DNA of 64,000 nucleotides, from assembly GCF_026210795.1 (NCBI RefSeq), contig NC_089429.1, positions 6,200,001 to 6,264,000 of the forward strand, given 5' to 3'. Each line of letters starts with the position of its first letter. The first letter of the stretch is position 1. This DNA comes from Rhizophagus irregularis (taxonomy: Eukaryota). Below are positions 15,541 to 25,641 of the stretch, in pieces. The position numbers and the translations under genes were made by a program. The notes beneath the pieces were generated by a model. It worked only from the letters and a program-made list of their open reading frames with translations. It was not told where the DNA came from and searched no databases.

Positions 15541-15904
15541 GTTATTTATATTTTAAAGTTTAAATTAATATAAATTGTAATTTTTTTTGGTTTATTTAAA
15601 TAAATTTAATATATAATATATATATGATATTAAAAATTTGATTTTTTTAAATTCCACTTTATTTATATTTAAATTTAATAATTAAATAAAAAAAATTTTA
15701 AAATTAAACTTTATTAATATAACTAATAAACTTAATTTTTTTGTTTTACATATTTAGAATTTAAAATGGTTTTTTTTTTCTTTATAATCCTAAAAAAAAT
15801 GCATAAATGGTCTTTTTTTCTTTATTCTTTATAATCCTAAAAAAGATACATAAATTAAAGTAAGTACTGCATTTATAGAAATCAAACAATTTTTGTTAAA
15901 ATAA

Positions 15905-16275
15905 AAATTGGCCTCAGAACACTTAGGTTACCAAGATTTTCAACCTTAAGAATCAAAAATGCAATAAGTGGGTTGAGCTCTTCCGGCGGGGTCTACCTCA
16001 TTAGAGTGTCCCTTAGGTCGTCAGCCATTAGCACCCAACTGCCTATGACCCAATGATACATCACCACTACCTTCCGATACCACAAGATCCCAAGTATTAC
16101 ATAGGAGCACGGCGCTTTCGCTATGTGCATACCCTGCCTCCATGATACGGCCTACCATATAGAGGTCTTAATGGTGCATTTCATCAGCGGGCCAAAAAAC
16201 CCTCGAATGATCCCCCAATTACAGTAGTACCTTGTAATCTGCATATAGTTTCCGTTTTGGTCGGTTCCCACGGGT
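15905..16275 (-). other. GC-rich island with several predicted stem-loops upstream of RepHel (candidate structured RNA)
   Basis: About half GC in very AT-rich surroundings. Hairpins on the minus strand rely on G-U pairs, and one is capped by a GAAA tetraloop (16107-16128). Confidence 0.4.
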
Positions 16276-16389
16276 GAGTCTTTTTTCATTTTCATTGTTT
16301 CTTTTTTTTATTTGTTAAAGAAAAAATGAAATAAAAAAGAAACGGAGTTAAAAAAAAAGGAAATTTTTTTTTGTAAAACGAAAAGAACA

Positions 16390-16950
16390 GCCGATAAGGG
16401 AGGAAAAAAAATGTTTTTTTTTTTAAACGAAAAGGAATGGCCGATGAGGGGACAAAAACAAAATAATAATTTTTTTTTAAATGAAAGGACCGAAAAAAAA
16501 CAAAAAATTAAAAAAAAAGGATTTTTTTTTAAAAAAAAAACGAAAGGGGGGGGAAGTTAAAATGAAAGGACCGAAAAAAAAACAAAAAATTAAAAAAAAA
16601 GGATTTTTTTTTAAACGAAATGAATGACCGATGAGGGAGGAAAAAAATGTGTTTTTTTTTAAAAAAAAAACGAAAGGGGGGGAAGTTAAAATGAAAGGAC
16701 CGAAAAAAAAACAAAAAATTAAAAAAAAAAAGGATTTTTTTTTAAACGAAATGAATGACCGATGAGGGAGGAAAAAAATGTGTTTTTTTTTAAAAAAAAA
16801 ACGAAAGGGGGGGGGAAGTTAAAATGAAAGGACCGAAAAAAAAACAAAAAATTAAAAAAAAAAAGGATTTTTTTTTAAACGAAATGAATGACCGATGAGG
16901 GAGAAAAAAAAATGTGTTTTTTTTTAAAAAAAAAAACGAAAGGGAGGGGA
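16390..16950. repeat. Tandem minisatellite (about 125-130-bp unit, 3-4 copies) inside the Helitron
   Basis: Repeated AAATGAAAGGACCG(A)n...AAACGAAATGAATGACCGATGAGGGAGG...CGAAAGGGGGGAAGTTAA. Confidence 0.9.
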
Positions 16951-17131
16951 AGTTAATTTTTCATAAACGGAAAAAAAAAAATCTGATTTAATTGAACTAT
17001 TCGAAGTGATTAAAAATAAGTACTTACTTTAATATCCCGCACCAAATACACAATATACGCCAAAATTTTCTTTGTTTTACGGGTTAACGAAGACTCCCTA
17101 ATATTAACGAAATAGTTTAATATTGTTTCCA

Positions 17132-18300
17132 TTCTCGGCTCTTCGACAATTTCGGCGCTTTGGAATTTAAGGTGAGTTCTTGTTTTTCGTTCTCTTTTTT
17201 TTCGTTTTCACTTCGTTCTAATTTCGTTTCTTTTTAGGTCCTGGTTCTTAGCATTTCGGCTCTTCGGTTAATTATCTAATCTATGAACTAACCGCGGAGA
17301 ATCGGGATAATCAAACTGCAATGTTGAAAATGTTGGAGAAAGAAAATTAAAAAATTCTGAACGTCTTTAGAATAGGCTGATTAAGAGATCAAATACCATA
17401 TAATAAACACCATCAACATGATTAAGCGTTTCGGTCCACCTTTCATAGAACGAAGGTACGTCTTTTTTTTCGTTCTTTTCGGTCTTGTTTCGTTCTTTTC
17501 GATCTTGTTTCATTTTTTTTGATCTTGTTTCGATCTTGTTTCATTCTAACTTTTCTCTGTTCTTAGGTCCCGGTTCTTTGACAGATACCACCGGATAGCT
17601 GGGATTATCTATTCTCCAGACCAATGCATTCGATAAAATATACATACCTTTATCACCAGGAATAAACTCCTTCGAAGGATAAAGCTCTACCTCACCATCC
17701 GGATTCACCCACTTATACATGTGATTAATTAAATTAATAAAGTAAGTTTACTACTCTCATAATATTATCAACCACATGTATACCTGTAAATAAAACGTAG
17801 TAAGAGAGCTCTTCGGTTCGAAGGTATGTCCTTTTTTTTCGTTTCTTTGTTATTTCGTTTCTTTGTTGTTTTCGTTTCTTTGTTTTCGTTCTTTTCGTTC
17901 TAACTTTTCTCTGTTCTTAGGTCCCGGTTCTTTGGCATTTCGGCTCTTCGGTTCGAAGGTATGTCCTTTTTTTCGTTTCTTTGTTGTTTCGTTTTTGTTC
18001 TTTTCGTTCTAACAAACTCTTTTTTTCCTCTTAGGTCCTGGTTCTTTCTTCAACAACTTCGGCGCTTTGGCAATTCAGTTCCACATTTCGGTTCTAAGGT
18101 GGGTTCTTTTTTGTTTATATTTGTTTTCTTTTTCGTTTTCGCTTCGTTCTAACTTATTTCCTCTTAGGTCCCAGTTCTTTCTTCGGCTACTTCGGCACTT
18201 TGGCATTTCGGTTTCACACACAGGTGGGTCCTTTTCTTTTTTTTTTTGTTTTCTTTTTCGTTTTCTAAATTATTTCTAACTTCTTTTTCTTTTCTTCTTT
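17132..18300 (+). repeat. Tandem micro-exon/intron-like array inside the Helitron, antisense to RepHel
   Basis: Five GT...CTAA(C/T)...TAG units: 17172-17237, 17456-17566, 17824-17920, 17959-18034 and 18099-18167, plus a donor at 18224. Exons start GTCC(C/T)(G/A)GTTCTT. Two exons carry unique inserts. Confidence 0.75.
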
Positions 18301-21300
18301 TTTTTTTGTTTACTTCTTTCAGTTCTTCTTTCTTTTCGTTTCTTTTTCGTTTTTTTCACTGCGCTTTTTTTATTTTTTTTTTAAGAAAAAGGAGAAAGAA
18401 AATGACTAAACGCGTAATTATTTTTGACGCGTTATATATACATAAATATCAAGATCGGTACTTTTGCGCACGATGTGGTCACACAATTGTAAATGGTTAA
18501 TTTATGTGGGTAGTCTAAACATAACGCCCACGTGATTGCAGTGTTTTTAAATATTTAGATTATGACTAAAAGTTAAAACTTATTATTAAAAATTATTCAA
18601 CTAGAAAAAATTGGTTACATAGCTATAAACATGATGAATTCTGATCTGAAATCACAAGGCAATTTATAGAGCTACTTAGTACCACCAATTCCCAAGTTTG
18701 AATTATTTGGAACACTATAATATTATTTTACTGTATTAGTTTAATTAGAGCAGATATATTTCAAAATCAGAATAGTTAAGAAATATTAAATTCTTAAAAT
18801 AGTCCATCAAATGCAATTACTCAATGGTCACTTGTAAACTTTATTTTTCAGATTCTCCTTTATCAAATTTTTATAACATTCTTTACAAAATGATCCTATA
18901 ATTTGGATGCTAAAAAGACCACCTCAAAGCATGAATTAATTCACATAAAATGCTAAAACATGAATCTTCTCTGTATATAGCTATATTGAATGAATCCTTA
19001 TCCATTTGGCTTATTTTATAGAAAATGCTTTAATACTATTATTAAAATACTATAGCAAATAAGGAACAACCACTTACTTCACACCAGATTGGAAAATATA
19101 TAAATGAGTTGAAAGGAGAATCAGAAAGGACACATCCACACTTTACCAGCATTTATATTCTGATGTGATCTTTAACTGAAGTAAGGACAATAGCTTATCA
19201 CCTCCATTTAAAAAAATTTTTAAACCTGTCAGAGCTCTTAAAAGCCTTCAGTAATTTTGAAGTTTTTTTGGTTTGCTAGTGGTGATTAATTTTTTTTCGT
19301 ATGTGGTTTGCCGGGCAGTAATTAAAAAAAAATTTTTGTATGTGGTTCACATAAGATTATTTACATCATATACATGAAGATTCTAATTCTTTAAGATATT
19401 GAAAAATCAAAATTGAATCAATCCTTTTACTTGGATACTCAATATGCTTAATATACTCAATATACTGAATATATGATACAAAAACATGATATGAAAAAAA
19501 TTATGAAACAAAAAAGTTGTTAAATTAGTAAATTATATATTTATTATTATGTATGGTTAACAGTATTGTATATTAGTAATCACTTCAATCCAGAATTTTA
19601 TACAACTGATCATAAAGTGGTATTCATGGAATTCTGGACTAACAACTTATTTAAACAACACTTTAATGCCAAACGACATTAACAAAACCGACAAAACATG
19701 ATTTTCATGTAGTATATTCACTAACTCTTATTGATATAATAGAATTGATCACAGTAATAATAAAGTAAAAGTAGAGAGATTGAAGGATTGCATTATTTTT
19801 TCTTAATGCTTAATGAAAAACATGTTTCATTTTGAATATGACAATATAATAATAAAAATAATAAACCAAGTTATCAAATAGAATATATGAATAAAGTAGT
19901 AAACAAAAGTAAAGAATGAGTTAGGAGTAGAACAGAATAATAAGAGAAGCAAAAGGAGATTGAAAAAAGGAGGAATAATGATTTTGGAAGAATTAAAAGA
20001 TGAAAGTTTATTTTAAAAAAGAATTTGGATGAGGTGGCTGAGTAATATAGAAAATTTTTGAAGATAATGAAATTCAAAAAGGAATGGTATAAACAATAAG
20101 AAAATTAAGGATAAAAAAAGAAAATAATCAGTGGTGGTTGAGGAAAACAATGATTTTAATTTCTTCAAAAATTTAAATATATTTATTTCTTTGGATAGTC
20201 CTTTATAACTCTTAACTATCTAAATCAGACATTATTAAATATAAGCTCAACAAAAATATAAAAATGAATATTTTTGTCTTTAAAATATAAAAAAATCAAG
20301 GTTTCAATTTAATGATGAGAAATGAAGTTATATTAAAGAGCTTTATAATAAAAAATTAGTGAAACCATAGAATATTATTATAAAAAAAAATTATTTTTAA
20401 AATAAAGCAAGTCTTACTTTAAGGTATTTTTAATACTAGATTAAGTAATGGTAGTAAAATCACAGCTTATTATTTTAACCTAAATGGAGCTCTAATAAAA
20501 GTTAATAGACCACTTTCACACAGAAATATGTTTAAAAGTTATTTGAAAGTCATTATAAGGCAATTCCACAAATTGGTGGACATCAATAAGAGAAGATTAT
20601 ATTAATAAACTTGCTCTTAAATACATGCAATAATAACTAACATATCTTCAAAAATAAAAATGAGGAAAATAAGAATAATAACAAGGAAATTAGGAAATAA
20701 AGAAATTACAGCAAACAATTAACAATATTTTAAAATAATAATTATGATTTTAGTAGTTTATAGTTAGTTATATAAACAGAGTATGATGATAAAGAACTGA
20801 TGGACACATCTTCACAATAATACTGATATCAAATACATACACATACATGTATGTATATGTACTACAAGAAGGACAAGCCACTAAAGATTTTACCTCTGAA
20901 GGTTTTTGCAAATTAGCAGATTTTTTAGTAAATATCATGGCTCATAAACTTGCAGTTACTTAAGCCATGAAAACAAAAAAAAATTGAGAATTTAATTGTT
21001 AAGTCAGTATAGTCGCAATATTGAGTTATTTTCACTTTTATGAACATCTTTAATATTCAGGATCTGTTAAAAATAAATAGTGAATTTATTGTTTAGCTTG
21101 CTTATAACCTTTTAATCTCACCTTTTTGTTAGCATCTACCTTTCTCTTAACACCACCACTCTTGTCTTTACCTGACATTGGTACATTTTATTGATGATTA
21201 TTATAAAATCTTCTATATAATGTTATGTCATAATTCATGTTGAACAAAAAATTTTAATTTTACACCATGTTATTCATGCAGACAAGCTATTAAGGTGTGC

Positions 21301-22186
21301 AAGGGATAAATATTCAGAATTATTAAATTTAGATTAATATTTGCATAAAACTGATAGATAAATTTGATGAAGGAAAAAAATAAAAGCTAACACAAGAAGT
21401 CTTTGTATAGAAAATACCTTTAGATCATAGGAAGATGTTGAAGAAATAAAAAGCACAAAAATCCACTCCTAAACTTTGATAGTAAATGAAATATGGATCA
21501 AAAAAGGGAATAATGTTAAATTAGTTGAATATAGCTTATTCAATACATTATATTAATCTGGACTTACAAATATATGAAGAATGGTTTCCCTCAAAAAATT
21601 TCTTTGTTTACAACAATTTCGTATAGAAGAAGAAATGTACAGTAAGATCTTTGTAACATAAACCTCAATCAGGGAATGGTATTGAAGACCAACAATTGAT
21701 TATGACTCTGTTGGATATCAATCATATAGATTTCTTATGTCCTAATTTGTCCCTTAGATTTTCTTTAAAATATGAACTTTAAGAACAAATCATTTACTTA
21801 TATTAATTGTATTAATTGTAAAAGAAATTCAGAATAAGTAATAATTAATGATAATAAATTGTATATTAATATAACATAAAATCGTTATCATTATTAAAAA
21901 TTGGATAATTGGAAATTTTTTTCATAAGTGTTTAGTAAATTAGTAAATTAGCAAGAAATCAAGTAAATTTTTTCTTTTATAGATCTTTAATTTATTTTTT
22001 GAGACAATTATAATAAAACAATATTTGTAACTACTGTATAAAATAAATTATTAATTTTAATTAAAATCTTAATCATATTTAGCTTAACAAGTTACATAAA
22101 ATATTAAAATCTTAAATATATATATATACTGTATATATTCTTCTAAATTCCACTCATAATTGCTGTGATTGTTGTCATGTTGTGAC

Positions 22187-22604
22187 TAGGGATGGCAATG
22201 GTCGGTCATGGTCGGTTATCGGTCGGTCATAACCGGTTATGGGTCTTTGACCGACTGACCATTTTTGCTGACCGTTTTTCTGACCGTTTGACCGACCGTT
22301 TAACCATTTTTTTTAGTGAATTTAATTAAGAAAAAATGTTAAAAAGTTTTTTTTTTGATTAAATCCACTAACAAAAACATTCTACAACTTTTTTTATTGA
22401 TTCAGCTCATAAAAAAAGTGTTAAATGAATAGGGTTGGTTAAATGGTCGGTTAACGATCGGTTAAACGGTCGATTAAACGGTCAGTCAAACGGTCGGACA
22501 AAACTGGTCAGTTAAATGGTCAGTCAGAGTCTTTGACCAACCAATATCAGTCACGGTTATTAACCGGTCATGACCAGTTATGACCGTAACTATTGCCATC
22601 CCTA
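22187..22604. mobile_element. hAT (Ac/Ds-like) MITE, 418 bp
   Basis: Perfect 13-bp TIR TAGGGATGGCAAT. 8-bp TSD GTTGTGAC (22179-22186 and 22605-22612). Many subterminal TGACCG/CGGTCA and AAACGG motifs. Confidence 0.95.
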
Positions 22605-23640
22605 GTTGTGACCCCATTTGAAGTTTTATCATCAGATAATCCTTCATTATATAAATATTGAATTACACTTTCTATTCCTCCAAAGCTTATTTATAACTAT
22701 ATAATAGAAAAAAAAAATTGAAAATTAATTAGAATCGATACTTTCGATATATTTACATATTTTTGTTTATTTTATTTTTATTCAAATTACTTGCCGGAAT
22801 GATAGCATGGTGAACCTATTAATTGAAAATCACTATATTACAATTATAATTAAATCAAAAAATGTAATTTTTTTTACCTTTAAAAATATGCAAATGTAAT
22901 AAATAATAATAGGCGTACATTGTAAAATAAAGACTAAGATTATAAGTTAAGACTTTTTTAAAGGTTCTTCTTTCAATATCGGTAATTTTATTAAACGAAT
23001 TTGAAATGGATAAATTGTCGTCTTTAACATCGCGAATTACTTTTACTACATCTGCGTAACAAAGCATGATAGTTGTCAATGTGGTGAATATAACTAATGA
23101 CAATATAAACCAACATTGCTACATTATTGTATCCAACTTTAGTACCGCACCTAAAAAAATTACAATGTGAATATCTTCCACGTAATGTTTTATAATATAT
23201 GACATAATTATTTGACGTACGAGATCCAATAGATCAATAGGCGTTTGGGAATTATTAATGGTATGAAAATAATTGGAAGCCAAATTTATAATCATATTTT
23301 CCCAAAGTCAAATGGTGTTACAATAGATATACTAGCTGCAACCTATTAAAATAAATTCCGGTGATTAAGTTTCATGTATAAGATTCAGATGCTACCAGAT
23401 TTATTTTATTAAAACAAAAAAATTTTACCAATAATATATTTGGCAAAATGAAGATTGTGAAAAACATTCCAAGGATTTACAAAGTAGAAATGGCCATGAA
23501 ATGGTTTCGTTCTTATTTATGAATTCTGTTCTCTTTGAAGCTGCATATGACTATATAAATTGTCGATATAATTTAGTTTAAAATTTTAAAATCGGAGTTA
23601 ATTTGATAATTTTGACAAAATTTTAAAATTTTATCAATTA

Positions 23641-23913
23641 GGCCGTTCCAACTTGATTATTTGTTTAACATCCACCACCCCCCTCTATTTTTTTAAAAAT
23701 TTGAGATCTAATAAACACATATTATTAAATACCCCCTCCCTCTATTTTTGAAAAAATTTAAAAGCTAATAAACATATAATGATAAATAATCCCTTCTGAA
23801 ATTTTCAAATTTTCCTATGTTTATTTATTGAGTTTGTTTAACTTAAACCCCCCTCCTCCCTTAATTTTTTCAAAAGGCCTGGATGTTAAACAAACAATTA
23901 AGTTGCAACAGCC
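23641..23913. mobile_element. MITE (Tourist/Harbinger-like or TA-targeting) inside an intron
   Basis: 33-bp TIR GGC(C/T)GTT(C/G)CAACTT(G/A)ATT(A/G)TTTGTTTAACATCC with 4 mismatches, flanked by TTA and TAA. Confidence 0.85.
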
Positions 23914-24071
23914 TAATACTTACGAACTCCATTAAGATGGATGACGAATATAAATATAAGGATAATAATTATTATAAATACCATAAAGACTGCCATTAGA
24001 ATAATTGATATCATGAATAAATTTTATTTAGTACCTGTAATTGCTATATAAAATGGAAACCTAAATGATAA

Positions 24072-25641
24072 TAGTCCTCCGAAAAAAATCCGATCTGATC
24101 TGGATCCGCAGATTTGATCTGAGTCAGATCTGGTTCAGTTTTCAAAATTCTGATCAATTTCGGATCGGATCAGATCATAATACAAGAAAATCTGATCCGA
24201 TCTGAACAGATTCGGATCAGATTTTTTTTTAAATAAAAAAACTTTTCCTGGACGAACGGACGAAGCCGGACGACCAAGATTTAAAAGAACGAACTAGGTA
24301 AGTTCATTTCTTTTTTTTTTGTTTTTTTTACTTGAGGGAACGTATTTAACGGTTCCCTTCTTTTTTAGTAGGAAGCCTGGATGAACGAAGCCTAACGACA
24401 CGACCAGGATTTAAAAAAAATGAACGAACTATGGTAAGTTCGTTCCTTTTTTTATTTTTTATTTTTATTTTTTATTTAAGGGAACGTAATTAACGTTCCC
24501 TTTCTTTTTTAGGAAACCTAGACGTGAGATGAAGGAACGACCAGGATTTAAAAAAAAGAACGAACTATGGTAAGTTCATTTCTTTTATTTTTATTTTATT
24601 TTTTTTACTTAAGGGAACGTAATTAATGTTCCCTTTCTTTCTTTTTTTTTAGGAAACCTGGACGTGAGACGAAGGAATGACCAGGATTTAAGAGAACGAA
24701 CTATGGTAAGTTCGTTTCTTTTATTTTATTATTTTATTTTTTATTTAAGGAAACGTAATTAACGTTCCCTTTCTTTTTTTTAGGAAACCTGGACATGAGA
24801 CGAAGGAACGACCAGGATTTAAAAAAAAAGAACGAACTACGGTAAGTTCATTTCTTTTATTTTTATTTTATTTTTTTACTTAAGGGAACGTAATTAACGT
24901 TCCCTTTCTTTTTTAGGAAACCTGGACGTGAGACGAAGGAACGACCAGGATTTAAGAGAACGAACTATGGTAAGTTCGTTTCTTTTATTTTATTTTATTT
25001 TTTTTTACTTAAGGAAACGTAATTAACGTTCCCTTTCTTTTTTTAGGAAACCTGGACGTGAGACGAAGCTGAACGACCAGGATTCAAAAAAAAGAACGAA
25101 CTATGGTAAGTTCATTTCTTTTTTTTGTTTTTTTTTATTTTTACTTAAGGGAACGTACTAATTAACGTTCCCTTTCTTTTTTTAGGAAACCTGGACGTGA
25201 GACGAAGCTGAACGACCAGGATTCAAAAAAAAGAACGAACTATGGTAAGTTCGTTTCTTTTTTTTGTTTTTTTTTTATTTTTACTTAAGGGAACGTAATT
25301 AACATTCCCTTTCTTTTTTTTTAGGAAACCTGGACGTGAGACGAAGCTGAACGACCAGGATTCAAAAAAGAACGAACTATGGTAAGTTCATTTCTTTTTT
25401 TGTTTTTTTTCTTTTTACTTGAGGAACGTAATTAACGTTCCCTTCCTTTTTTAGGACAAGGACCAGATCCGAACCAGATTCAGATCAGATTCAAATCAGA
25501 TTCAAATGGATCTGAACCAGATTCGGATCAGATTGAACCAGATCTGATCGGATTCAGATCAGATCAGATCTATTAAAATAAAAATCAGATCGGATCAGAT
25601 TTAAGCTGAATCCGGTCTGAACCGATCTGTTAGGAGCACTA
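24072..25641 (+). mobile_element. Non-autonomous hAT element, 1570 bp, with an internal exon/intron tandem array
   Basis: TIR TAGT(C/G)CTCC. 8-bp TSD AATGATAA (24064-24071 and 25642-25649). Subterminal GATCTG/CAGATC/CGGATC repeats at both ends. Confidence 0.9.
24246..25454 (+). repeat. Nine-unit tandem array (128-139 bp) of micro-exon plus hairpin-containing intron
   Basis: Donors GTAAGT at 24298, 24434, 24570, 24706, 24842, 24970, 25106, 25245 and 25382. Each intron has AAGGGAACGT-AATTA-ACGTTCCCTT or a close variant, then a T tract and AG. Confidence 0.9.

Larger units (their letters stand above)
10969..18559 (-). mobile_element. Autonomous Helitron, about 7.6 kb
   Basis: 3' end on minus: hairpin CTGTTAAC-GTA-GTTAACAG (10998-10980), 7 nt, then CTAG (10972-10969)|T. 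Best 5' end is A|TCTAAATATTTAAAAA at 18559; an alternative TC lies at 18454. Contains an intact RepHel gene. Confidence 0.85.

Noticed and set aside
16107..16193. Hammerhead ribozyme (CTGATGA at 16187-16181 and GAAA at 16119-16116 on minus)
   Set aside because: Stem II does not close next to the core and I could not build stems I and III with a cleavage triplet. HDV-like, twister and group I patterns also did not fit by eye.
10969..18559. Fanzor/TnpB cargo in the Helitron
   Set aside because: No ORF or remnant with RuvC or zinc-finger motifs was seen. The 3' end lies only about 70 bp after the RepHel stop.
24246..25454. CRISPR array (palindromic repeat at regular spacing)
   Set aside because: The sequence between palindromes is itself repeated rather than unique spacers. 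There are no cas genes and the context is eukaryotic.
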